Shown here piece by piece: positions 34,021 to 42,291 of a stretch of 64,000 bases of DNA. Position 1 is the stretch's first letter. Each line of letters starts with the position of its first letter. The notes under the pieces were generated by a model that was not told the DNA's origin, ran no database searches, and saw nothing but the letters and a program-made list of their open reading frames with translations. The stretch lies in contig CAWAGQ010000004.1 in the NCBI GenBank assembly GCA_963781585.1, positions 224,001 through 288,000 of the forward strand. Reading direction: 5' to 3'. Made by a program: the position numbers and the translations under genes. The stretch comes from an uncultured Gemmatimonadaceae bacterium (GTDB lineage Bacteria; Gemmatimonadota; Gemmatimonadetes; Gemmatimonadales; Gemmatimonadaceae).

Positions 34021-34494
34021 TCAATTCCCCTGCACACCCGCCAGGAAGAACGTCACCTTGTTTCCCTGGGCGAAAGGCACGAAACCCTTGCCCGCCATCG
34101 CGACGAGCCGTTGCGCGAGCAGCGGGTCGCTGCATGTGACCGAAAGCCCGATGATCTCCTGTTGCGCCGGATTGCCCGGCGTCCCCGAGCTGAGTCCCCA
34201 ATCCTCGTAGTCGTACTCGTAGTCCGGATGGGTGAACGGGAAGTTTGCGGGAAGCAGGTTCACGAGCTCGGCCGGAACAATCCCCGGCCCGGTCTCCGGC
34301 GGCCAGGCATTGTTTTCCGTGTACGCCGTGTACGTGGCAAGCCTGATGGTATGCACATCGCTGACGATTGCTCCGGCGATGGCCCGTCGCTTCATGTCGG
34401 TGTAGCGCGGTAGCGCGATACGGGCCAACAGACCGATGATGATCATGACGACCAGGAGCTCCACGATCGTGAATCCGCGTCGCGTCCGCATCAC
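34021..34494 (-). CDS. Prepilin-type N-terminal cleavage/methylation protein (pilin/pseudopilin)
   Basis: RRGFTIVELLVVMIIIGLLA class III signal peptide. Confidence 0.9.
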   Translation of the reverse strand: MMRTRRGFTIVELLVVMIIIGLLARIALPRYTDMKRRAIAGAIVSDVHTIRLATYTAYTENNAWPPETGPGIVPAELVNLLPANFPFTHPDYEYDYEDWGLSSGTPGNPAQQEIIGLSVTCSDPLLAQRLVAMAGKGFVPFAQGNKVTFFLAGVQGN

Positions 34495-34973
34495 GGGGCC
34501 CCCGAAAGGATCTGCAGCGACGGGCCGAGGAACTCGGCGTTGCGCATGTTCGACAAGTAGGAGATACGTTTGCCGTTGGCCTCAGTCGAGAGTTCGAAGG
34601 TGGTATCGGATCCGCGGACGTACGCGAGTCCCGTGCTGTCGACGAACGCCGCGGCCAGCGATCGCGGCAGCATTCCGTGCGAACGTCGGAATGACCGAAT
34701 GCGTTCGCCCGCCAGAAAGAGCGTCATGCGAGCGCCGGCGTCCACCTGGTCCGGCGAGACACCTGGCGCGGTCGGGCCGTAGAACGACGGCAGGATCCAG
34801 ACGGCGGCGCAGGCGACAAACGCCAGCACCCCGAGAACCTTCCGCGGTCGTTGCGTTCTCTCGACGGCCGACTTCTCGGCGAGTTCGAGTTTCTTCTCGT
34901 CGAAAAACTCGCCGACGAGCGCACGAACCGTGTCCTGTGACTGCGGCGAACCGGACGGCGGCGGCTGATTCAC
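34491..34973 (-). CDS. Hypothetical single-TM protein
   Basis: One TM segment; stop overlaps the pilin start; start uncertain. Confidence 0.6.
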   Translation of the reverse strand: MNQPPPSGSPQSQDTVRALVGEFFDEKKLELAEKSAVERTQRPRKVLGVLAFVACAAVWILPSFYGPTAPGVSPDQVDAGARMTLFLAGERIRSFRRSHGMLPRSLAAAFVDSTGLAYVRGSDTTFELSTEANGKRISYLSNMRNAEFLGPSLQILSGAP

Positions 34974-35293
34974 AGTTGATTGGGAGGACGCGTGTGCAGT
35001 GCACACGTCGTATGGAAATCGTGCGCAAACTCGACCTCAGGAGACTGCGCACCATGGGCCTTCGTCACGATCTGCGCCCGCGTATGCCGCTGCCCGAGCG
35101 AGAGTTAGACTTTAGACGGCTATAGTCTGGCGGGTTGTGGCGCCGGGGAGATTGGTAGTCCCACCGGGCTGCCACGAGGGGATCGCAGGCCCGCTCATGC
35201 CCTTGCCCGTCCTGCCTCGCGGCGGGCTCTCATGCCGAATGCGAAGACGCGGTTGGTATCGGAGGCTTCGCGCCGTTATCGTCAGACCGGACT

Positions 35294-35367
35294 GGCAGGG
35301 TAGCTCAGGTGGTTAGAGCACGGCACTCATAATGCCGGGGTCGTGGGTTCGAGTCCCACCCCTGCTA
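35294..35367 (+). tRNA. tRNA(CAT), probably elongator tRNA-Met; integration target
   Basis: GGCAGGG/CCCTGCT acceptor stem, CGGCA-CTCATAA-TGCCG anticodon arm, GTTCGAGTC T-loop; Ile2 identity not excluded. Confidence 0.92.
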
Positions 35368-36626
35368 TTCGGAAGCCGCGGGCCCGCACCGGGTTGGCGG
35401 CTTTCCTCGTTAGGTGCCCCGGTTTTCGGTACCACCGGTGGTACCTCAGCCGACCGCGTCGGGCGCTTCGGATCAAGCTCCGCGGCGATCCGTTCCCAGC
35501 GATCGCGCTCGTCGGAGCGTGGCGCGTACCGGCCATACACGGTGGCCACCATCTGCACGTTGGCGTGGCCCAGCTGGCGCGCGACGAGTTCGTAGGGCGT
35601 GCCGGCGCGGATCGCCCGGATGGCGTAGAAGTGCCGCGCGTCGTGCAGCCGATGGGGCGCAAGCTCGAGTGCCGTGAGCGTCTCGCGGTGGACGTCGCCG
35701 GCGTGCCATCGATCGATGCCACGGAAGAGTCGCTCTCCCGGCGTCAGCCGGCGGACGTGGGTCTCGAGGTACGGCCAGGCCCACTCGGCGACCCGGACGA
35801 CGCGATCGCGCGCGTGCGCCTTCGTGCCGCGGGCGCGCACCTCGCGTCGGCCGACGTCCACGTCGGCATCGCTGCAGCGGAGCGCCGCCGAGATCTCGAC
35901 ACCGGCGCCGTACAGCAGCGCGAAGAGCGCGCGGTACGGCTTCCGCGCGTGCTCGACAATGCGCACCACGTCCTGGTGCACGAGCTCCACGACCCGAGGC
36001 CGCCCGGGTGGCGGAGCCGCGACGTCGCGCGCGGGGTTCGTCGTCAAGACGCCGACCTGGACGAGGTAGCCGGCGAAGCTCTGCACGGCGGCCAGGTACT
36101 TCCGGCGCGTTGATCCGGTGATCGGGCGTGATGCAGGATCCGGCCGACGTCGGGATTTCGCACGCGTCGATGCCTTTCGCTTCTGCGGGAGCGTGCTTCG
36201 CTCGGCGAGCCAGCGCGCGATCGCCGGCGCCGTGAATTCTGCGCGCGGGAACACACCGCCCTCGGGCATCAGCGTGCGCAGATGCGCCAGGTAGTGCGTG
36301 CGCGTATCTGGCCGAATCCGGTCCATCAGCCACTCTTGCCAGCGCTCCACGTGCTCAGCCAGGTCAACCTCCTCGAGGCGACCGCGCAGACCCTCGAGAT
36401 CGTTCTCGCGGTACGCGTCGAAGAGCGCACCGAGCGAGAGCGTGCCGTCGACGACCGCGCCCAGGAGATCCCACTCGCGCCGGCCCTTCGGCCCCAGCAC
36501 CTCGAGCATGCGCTCCATTGCCATCGCAGTGGGTTTGTGCGTCGTGCCCGTGGAACGCTTCACCCAGCCATGCGGGGTCGGCACAGCCAGAAACCAGGTC
36601 GGACGGTCGGTGCGCTTGTACACCAT
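35313..36626 (-). CDS. int: Tyrosine recombinase/integrase
   Basis: HDARH, QLGHA and VYGRY box II motifs; adjacent to attL and reads through it into the tRNA antisense. Confidence 0.92.
   Translation of the reverse strand: MVYKRTDRPTWFLAVPTPHGWVKRSTGTTHKPTAMAMERMLEVLGPKGRREWDLLGAVVDGTLSLGALFDAYRENDLEGLRGRLEEVDLAEHVERWQEWLMDRIRPDTRTHYLAHLRTLMPEGGVFPRAEFTAPAIARWLAERSTLPQKRKASTRAKSRRRPDPASRPITGSTRRKYLAAVQSFAGYLVQVGVLTTNPARDVAAPPPGRPRVVELVHQDVVRIVEHARKPYRALFALLYGAGVEISAALRCSDADVDVGRREVRARGTKAHARDRVVRVAEWAWPYLETHVRRLTPGERLFRGIDRWHAGDVHRETLTALELAPHRLHDARHFYAIRAIRAGTPYELVARQLGHANVQMVATVYGRYAPRSDERDRWERIAAELDPKRPTRSAEVPPVVPKTGAPNEESRQPGAGPRLPNSRGGTRTHDPGIMSAVL
35325..35372 (+). repeat. attL core, 48-bp direct repeat
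   Basis: ACTCATAATGCCGGGGTCGTGGGTTCGAGTCCCACCCCTGCTATTCGG identical to 53093-53140. Confidence 0.97.
35428..35445. promoter_or_regulatory. Candidate integrase arm-type/accessory site (left)
   Basis: GGTACCACCGGTGGTACC palindrome, 17/18 identical to 52989-53006. Confidence 0.55.
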
Positions 36627-36629
36627 GCG

Positions 36630-36878
36630 TTAGGCGCTCCGTTGGACGGCGTTCCTCGTGTGCCAGCGCGCCATCCAGGCGCGCACGTCGCGGGGATCGT
36701 ATCGCACGAGCGGCTGGCCCTTGGTGCCGGTACCAGGGAGCAGCACCTTCGGGCAGCCGCTCTCCCGAAGATAACGAGTACTGACGCGGAGAAAGGCGGC
36801 GGCTTCCTTCTGCGTCCAGAGGCCTTCCGCCGGCGACGTCTCGGCGCCGCGGAGCGAGCGGTCGACGGCGACCGTCAC
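36630..36878 (-). CDS. Excisionase-like HTH protein
   Basis: LWTQKEAAAFLRVSTRYL...VRYDPRDVRAW pattern directly upstream of int; GTG start. Confidence 0.8.
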   Translation of the reverse strand: MTVAVDRSLRGAETSPAEGLWTQKEAAAFLRVSTRYLRESGCPKVLLPGTGTKGQPLVRYDPRDVRAWMARWHTRNAVQRSA

Positions 36879-37609
36879 GGCGCGGCCCCGCGTGTGCAGC
36901 TTATGGGGGCGCACCCCACCGGATAATTCCGGGTGCACCCCGACGGCTGGCCCGCCCCGAGGTAGGGCTCCGGTGGGCCGGGAGGGTTCGGGAGATGGAC
37001 TGCGTGCGGCGCCGGATCCGGCACCGCCGGGTGCGTCGCCAAGGGCGGCGATGGATCCGCGAGCCCGATCAAGGCAGCATGACACTGCTCGAGCACCGCT
37101 GCGCAGTCTTCGTAGAACGCGGTCCAGCGCTCGTGCCAAGCCGCATCCCCCAGGTACTCGCACGGCGGGCGATCGGATGCTGACTGGTATTCCGACTTCG
37201 TTATCGCCGCCATCCAGAACCGGTGGCACTCCGCATCCTCCAGCATTTGCGGCACCAGCGCCAATGCTCGCGCTGCGAGATCTCGGAGTGGAGCGCCGCC
37301 GACAGCAGCCGGCGCGATCGGGGCGGTGGCACTGGCGCTCACCTGACGAGGCCCCGCGGATGGAGGAGCGCGCCGCGCGTGAGGAGTCCCGAGCCGCCAA
37401 GGGCCGCCAGGCTCGGCCCCGGGGAGCTCCCGCGGCCCGGCGCCGATCGTGGATCGCCCCGCAGAACCCGAGCGAGCGGCGAGTGGTCCGCTCCTTAGGC
37501 GTGGCATGGGAACGCGCTGCTCGCGCCGCCTGGCCTTGAGCCGCCGGGGCGGTCCTCGGTGATCCGCCTCGAGGAAGGCTGGGGTGGACCCGCAGGCCGG
37601 CGCCCTCAT
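36875..37609 (-). CDS. Hypothetical protein
   Basis: Start and stop overlap both neighbours (ATGA/GTGA-type coupling). Confidence 0.5.
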   Translation of the reverse strand: MRAPACGSTPAFLEADHRGPPRRLKARRREQRVPMPRLRSGPLAARSGSAGRSTIGAGPRELPGAEPGGPWRLGTPHARRAPPSAGPRQVSASATAPIAPAAVGGAPLRDLAARALALVPQMLEDAECHRFWMAAITKSEYQSASDRPPCEYLGDAAWHERWTAFYEDCAAVLEQCHAALIGLADPSPPLATHPAVPDPAPHAVHLPNPPGPPEPYLGAGQPSGCTRNYPVGCAPISCTRGAAP

Positions 37610-38106
37610 GCGAGCGCCACCTCGTATTCCGGAGGTGGCGCGACCGGCTCGAACTGTTCCGATGGCGGAGGCGGACGGCGTCCCGCTGCGGCCCGCTGCA
37701 GCAGCTCCCGGCGCGCGGGGTGATCCCAATCCAAGGGCACCAGAACCCACGAGAGATGCCGGCGCGGATCCCGCCGGTACTGCTCTTCCAGATGCCATTG
37801 ACGTGCCGTCTCAATGTCGAGCGGACCGGAGGCGAGGCCCGGATTGTTCGCACGCGTCGCCACGTAGCAGATCGCCCAGGTCACGGCATCCGGAACGGGG
37901 TACTCCGCCCGAGTGCCGCGCCGCCGAACCGGCAGGCCCTTTCGCGCCCAGTTGCGCAGCGTCTGGTCGGTGACGCCGAACGTCTTGCACATCACGTCCT
38001 GGGAGAGGTGCGCGGGGCGCCGGGGCGAGCGCGCAATTGGCGCGTGCAGCGTTAGGCTCGCGAACGGACTCGGCCTGGGCTGGCGGCGCTGGCGAGGCGT
38101 GCTCAT
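37606..38106 (-). CDS. Lambda gpNu1-like small terminase / Rpp-like DNA-binding protein
   Basis: FGVTDQTLRNWARKGLPV...YPVPDAVTW matches the Nu1 winged-HTH pattern (FGASIRTIQNWQEQGMPV...YDSAAVIKW). Confidence 0.72.
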   Translation of the reverse strand: MSTPRQRRQPRPSPFASLTLHAPIARSPRRPAHLSQDVMCKTFGVTDQTLRNWARKGLPVRRRGTRAEYPVPDAVTWAICYVATRANNPGLASGPLDIETARQWHLEEQYRRDPRRHLSWVLVPLDWDHPARRELLQRAAAGRRPPPPSEQFEPVAPPPEYEVALA

Positions 38107-38163
38107 CTCACCGGTGCCCACAAACCAAAAGGGTGCGTGCGGGCCGCCGTACAGAAGCCGATT

Positions 38164-38205
38164 GGGGTTCTCGGTCCCCCGGTGAAGACCTTCCAGGGAG
38201 GACCC
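38164..38205 (-). other. Candidate cos site (cosQ + cosN-like)
   Basis: Minus strand GGGTCCT (lambda cosQ sequence) followed about 19 bp later by GGGG-ACCGAGAA-CCCC, just upstream of the Nu1-like gene. Confidence 0.5.
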
Positions 38206-38260
38206 GCGGCCCCCTCGGGGGCCCCTCGTCCGCGGACAAGTCCGCGCATGGTCCGCGGAC

Positions 38261-38461
38261 TCATCGGGGAACTCCGAGCGCGCCCGGACGCTCGCCGTCG
38301 CCGCGAACCGCGACCAGGGGGGCGCAGTCGCAGATGCCGAGCCCGGCGAGCATCGCGCAGCCGGCGTCGTGGTGCACGTCGACCTGGATGACTTGGCCGG
38401 GCCGCAGCTCCAGCGCCCGGAGTAGCTCCAACGCGATCGGCATGTAGGCCGGTAGCTTCAT
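38261..38461 (-). CDS. Small Cys/His-rich hypothetical protein
   Basis: HHDAGC...CDCAP; start overlaps the helicase stop. Confidence 0.6.
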   Translation of the reverse strand: MKLPAYMPIALELLRALELRPGQVIQVDVHHDAGCAMLAGLGICDCAPLVAVRGDGERPGALGVPR

Positions 38462-39612
38462 GCGCCCTCCGCCAATGCCAGACGCGTCGCCTCTGGCTCG
38501 CTGAGCAGCCCCGGATTCTCTCCTTCTAGCAGCCCGCCGGCTCCGTCGCGGAGTCCAGCGTCTTGCCGGACAGTCCGTAGTCCGGGTCTTAGAGACCCGG
38601 ATACGGACGAACTACTGTCCGAGCAGTCAGACGCCCGAATGTCCGCGAACCGTTCGCGAACGGTTCGCGAACCGATTTCGAGACCCAGCTGAGTGATACC
38701 GGAAGGGGTGGGGTACCATTTCCCATCCCTGTTCTCGGCAACGAGTTCCCGCTTGATGAGCTCAGCCTTGATGGCGTAGAATCTCGTCTTGCCGATGCCG
38801 GATCGGTTCAGCCACTCCGTGGGCTTCAACGCGCGCGCGGATTCGTGCAAAGCGGCCAAAACGGTTCGCGAACCGATTTCTAATGTTCCGGCTCCCGTCG
38901 CACGCTCCACGACGACTGAATCGCCGCGGCTCACGAGCTCGAGCAGAAGCGGATCTCCGGGCTGGAAATCCCGTGCCTTCACCACGGCGAGCTTCACCGT
39001 TGATCGGCCCATCCGCTCGACCGACATCACCACGTCCGCGCGCCCGCGGAAGGCCGAGGAGCCTCGCTCTCGGCTCCCTTCCCAGCCCGCATGGTGGTTG
39101 ATCAGGGCCGCGCAGCCGAGGGCGAGCTGCAGCCGGCCGACGCCGTGCAGGAATTCCCCGAAGTGTTGTGCGGAGTTTTCATCGAAGCCCGGGGGCGCGG
39201 TGGCGGCGAGCGTATCGATGATCACCAGGGCCGGTCTGAAATGCGCGGCCTCGAGCGCGGCCAGGAGCTCTGCGATTCCTTCGGGGAGGTGGAAGGCCAC
39301 CGGCTCCCCGAGATAGCGCACGCGTTCCAGGTTGCAGCTCTCGTGCGCGCTAATCCACGCCTGGACGCGCGAGGGGATGCCGCCGAAGCCCTCGGCGATG
39401 ACGTACAGCACGGACGAGGGGCCCGCTATCGGGAGCCCGGCGAATGAGCGCCCAGTGGCGATGCTGTGGCCCATGCCGATCAGCAGGTGCGTCTTCCCGA
39501 CGCCCGACGCGCCGTACATGACATGTAGGCAGCCCTCGAATACGAAGCCCGGGAGCAGCGCCGGAATCGGCTTGGCGTCGGCAAGGAGCTCCTCGGCGGT
39601 AATCAGTTTCAT
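38458..39612 (-). CDS. RepA/AAA_25-type SF4 helicase with C-terminal wHTH
   Basis: Walker A GASGVGKT, AEG, IIDTLA Walker B, DENS, HHAG, RGSSAF motifs. Confidence 0.9.
   Translation of the reverse strand: MKLITAEELLADAKPIPALLPGFVFEGCLHVMYGASGVGKTHLLIGMGHSIATGRSFAGLPIAGPSSVLYVIAEGFGGIPSRVQAWISAHESCNLERVRYLGEPVAFHLPEGIAELLAALEAAHFRPALVIIDTLAATAPPGFDENSAQHFGEFLHGVGRLQLALGCAALINHHAGWEGSRERGSSAFRGRADVVMSVERMGRSTVKLAVVKARDFQPGDPLLLELVSRGDSVVVERATGAGTLEIGSRTVLAALHESARALKPTEWLNRSGIGKTRFYAIKAELIKRELVAENRDGKWYPTPSGITQLGLEIGSRTVRERFADIRASDCSDSSSSVSGSLRPGLRTVRQDAGLRDGAGGLLEGENPGLLSEPEATRLALAEGA
38641..38880. repeat. Iteron-like repeats (candidate replication origin)
   Basis: GT(T/C)CGCGAAC at 38641, 38652 and 38663 (11-bp period); 21-bp exact repeat at 38659-38679 and 38860-38880. 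Confidence 0.6.
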
Positions 39613-39878
39613 CGCCCGCTCCTCAGCACGGGCCGAATCGAACTCGCGCGCCGCGAGCCGCCTGATGATTGGCGAGCTTCGCGTCGGGCCAGCTCTAGCT
39701 CGAGTGCGTTCAAGCCTCGCGTTAGGATGCCGAGGAGGACCGGGCCCCGGTGCGGCGCTGGCTTCCTCGCGACGTCGACGAGCCAGGCGCGCATGACCAG
39801 GCGCCGTCGCTCGAGCTCGGTGGTCGGGCCTGACGCGTAGGCCCGCAGGGCGGCTTCTCGTGCCGCGTCGTCGATCAT
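39609..39878 (-). CDS. Hypothetical protein
   Basis: Co-oriented; stop overlaps the helicase start. Confidence 0.5.
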   Translation of the reverse strand: MIDDAAREAALRAYASGPTTELERRRLVMRAWLVDVARKPAPHRGPVLLGILTRGLNALELELARREARQSSGGSRRASSIRPVLRSGR

Positions 39879-39924
39879 GCCCGCACGCTCCACGTTGCCT
39901 TTCCCCGCACGCAAGGGGGCCGCC

Positions 39925-40167
39925 TCATTTCGCGGCTCTCTGCGCGAGCTCCGCCTTCGCGCGCTGGAGCGCCGCGATCAGCTCGTCGAGGCGGTGCGGC
40001 GGAACCGTGACGCCCTTGCGCGTGGGGTGCCATCCCCCGTCGGCGGCGCGGAAATACGTCCGCACGTCGACGAATTGGGCGTCCTTGTATCGCCCCACCT
40101 GAATCTGCAGCCGCTCGCCGTCGCGGCCCTTCGCGATGACGGCCAGAGGCGCCGCGGTGTCGCTCAT
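39925..40167 (-). CDS. PC4/YdbC-like ssDNA-binding protein
   Basis: YKDAQFVDVRTYF...WHPTRKGVTV PC4 signature. Confidence 0.88.
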   Translation of the reverse strand: MSDTAAPLAVIAKGRDGERLQIQVGRYKDAQFVDVRTYFRAADGGWHPTRKGVTVPPHRLDELIAALQRAKAELAQRAAK

Positions 40168-40493
40168 CGCGACCCCCCGACTCGATCGAGAGCGCGGCGC
40201 AGCTCCCGCAGTTCATTCGCGCGGAAGTTGAGGCCCCTCCTCGTCGGCAGCCACTTGCCATCGGTGGTCTTGAAGAACTGGCGAAACCCAATCTGACGGA
40301 CTCCCTTGAAAGTCCCGACCGTCAGCCAGATTTGGGTCGTCTCGTCGCGCGGGAAGCGCGCGAGGATGCGCAGCGGACTCGCGGGGGCAGGCGCGGGCAG
40401 ATTCCCTCGCGGGGGGCTGGCGCGCCGCGAGGCATCGTGTCTACTTTTCAAACGCTCAGGTTGCATGTTGACCAGAGTGGTTTGTGGATTCAT
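40164..40493 (-). CDS. Second PC4-like protein
   Basis: FKGVRQIGFRQFF...WLPTRRGLNF PC4-like signature. Confidence 0.78.
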   Translation of the reverse strand: MNPQTTLVNMQPERLKSRHDASRRASPPRGNLPAPAPASPLRILARFPRDETTQIWLTVGTFKGVRQIGFRQFFKTTDGKWLPTRRGLNFRANELRELRRALDRVGGSR

Positions 40494-40539
40494 GTCGCGC
40501 GCCCCCGCGGATGCCATCGTCGGGGGCGCGGTGCTTTTT

Positions 40540-41313
40540 CTAGCCTTTAGCGCCCGTGACCATCGGCGCGTATCCGGGCGTGACGCGCGGCCCCGTCGGC
40601 GTACCCGGCTTCTCCGACGCCGATTTCTGCTCGCGGCGGACGACGCGACGCGGCGCCGCATCCGGACCGCCCGGGTTGCGCGTGCGGTGGTAGAAGGGCT
40701 GCGCCACCCCACCGCCTAAGCTCGGCGGCGATGTGAGATCCGGAATCAGCACGCTGTCGTCATACCTGAGCATTCGCTCATGGCCACGGATGATTTCGAC
40801 ATCCTCGCCTTCCAGCACATCGTCCAGCTCTGCGGCTCGGCCGGATTTCTTGACGGCATAGTACAGGCGGTCTTCCTCGCTTAACGCGGCCTTGTCGCTG
40901 GCGAGCGCAACGCCCACGGCACGCAGCATCATCTGGTGCTCGACGGCCGCCCGGTACCGGGCGGTCCGCATGGCGCGGTACGCTGCGATGTCGACGTCTT
41001 CAGTCGCCCTCTTCAGCTCGGCTTCGCTCGCCGCGAGTCGCTGCTCGGCTGCGCGCCGGCGGATTTCGAGGCGCCGGATCTCGTCGCCGAGGCTCCGAAT
41101 CTCGCTATCGCGGGCCGGCAGATGGAGGGGCACCTCCTGCTGCAGATCCGCCTGCAGCTGCTTCTCCGCTTGCGCGTGGCGCTCCTTCGCGGCGGCAAGC
41201 TCCGCGTCGATGTCCGCGAGCCGGTGTCGCGCCTTCTCGACGTCGGCAGCGGGGGTCTCGACGTCTGCTCTGCCGGCGTCGGCGTGCGCTCGTGCGGTGC
41301 GTGCTTGACTCAT
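40540..41313 (-). CDS. Coiled-coil hypothetical protein
   Basis: Heptad-rich Ala/Glu/Arg N-terminal half. Confidence 0.65.
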   Translation of the reverse strand: MSQARTARAHADAGRADVETPAADVEKARHRLADIDAELAAAKERHAQAEKQLQADLQQEVPLHLPARDSEIRSLGDEIRRLEIRRRAAEQRLAASEAELKRATEDVDIAAYRAMRTARYRAAVEHQMMLRAVGVALASDKAALSEEDRLYYAVKKSGRAAELDDVLEGEDVEIIRGHERMLRYDDSVLIPDLTSPPSLGGGVAQPFYHRTRNPGGPDAAPRRVVRREQKSASEKPGTPTGPRVTPGYAPMVTGAKG

Positions 41314-41354
41314 CTGTGGACCTATTGGCGGGAAGGAAAGTGAGAGCGCGCCGC

Positions 41355-41984
41355 CTAACGCGAGCCGAGCGCGCCGGTTCGTTCCGGGAAGAAGCTGGCG
41401 GCCCGGCGTTCGATCGGGTCAGGAGAGTCCGGCCGCGCGAAGCCCGGGTGCGCGAGGGCGTGGCTTTCCTCCACCAGCTGATCCTCCCGGCTCAGGCGAT
41501 CGCGTTCCGCCCGGAGATCCGCGGCCAGGATCCTCGGGCAGGTTCCGGCGCTCAGCGCTAGGTCAAAAAGCGGCCGGAGACGCGGATCGGGGAATTGGCG
41601 CGCGAGCGCCTCGAAGGCGGCGCGCCTGCGCGCTGCTTTCTCTGCTGCCGTCGGAGGGGCCGGCGCCGGCGCGGCGGCATGCATGGGGGGCACCGCTACC
41701 GCCACCGCTTCTGGCTTTGGGCGCGGCGCTGGCGCCGGCTTTGCCGACGGCACCTGGCACCGTGGGGTAGCCGATGACGGGGTGCGGAGCGCGAGCGCCA
41801 ATCGGGCTCGTGCGTGTGGTCCGTCATCACCCGCGTGCAGGAAGGCTTCGACGCGCCTGGCCATCGCGAAGACCTCGAGCGGGTCGCTGGCTAGACGCGC
41901 GCGCACGGCGGCGACGTCGATCTCCCGGACGAAAACCAGGCCTTCGTTCACCAGGGCGAGCGCGGAGCGAGCGTCCTCGATCAT
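41355..41984 (-). CDS. Hypothetical protein
   Basis: Start overlaps the upstream stop; Pro/Ala linker. Confidence 0.55.
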   Translation of the reverse strand: MIEDARSALALVNEGLVFVREIDVAAVRARLASDPLEVFAMARRVEAFLHAGDDGPHARARLALALRTPSSATPRCQVPSAKPAPAPRPKPEAVAVAVPPMHAAAPAPAPPTAAEKAARRRAAFEALARQFPDPRLRPLFDLALSAGTCPRILAADLRAERDRLSREDQLVEESHALAHPGFARPDSPDPIERRAASFFPERTGALGSR

Positions 41985-42199
41985 CGGACGCCCCCCGCAC
42001 CTGCCATGGGCCGCAGATGCGAAAACGAGTCACTATCCCGGAGCGCATTGAGCACGGTGCGGCGGATGAAGTAGCGTTGTCCGACCGTTCCCTCAACGAT
42101 CACGCCCGCGACGTTGCCGAGCTGCATTTGTCGGAGGAGACGCTCGCGGCTCATCCGCAGCTCGAATGCGGCGCGACTGATGGGTACGAGATCATCCAT
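41981..42199 (-). CDS. AlpA/Xis-like small HTH protein
   Basis: ISRAAFELRMSRERL HTH; first gene of the leftward operon, divergent from the repressor. Confidence 0.6.
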   Translation of the reverse strand: MDDLVPISRAAFELRMSRERLLRQMQLGNVAGVIVEGTVGQRYFIRRTVLNALRDSDSFSHLRPMAGAGGVR

Positions 42200-42291
42200 G
42201 GAGAGACCCCTTGACGGTTATGCGCGCGGCAATAGCTTTACGTGTGCAGCGTATACATCGCGTGCCATCAACGTAGACGAGAGCGTACACA

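Noticed and set aside
35010..35290. Riboswitch (e.g. c-di-GMP) upstream of the pilin operon
   Set aside because: A hairpin is possible at about 35137-35175, but the conserved aptamer motifs could not be matched
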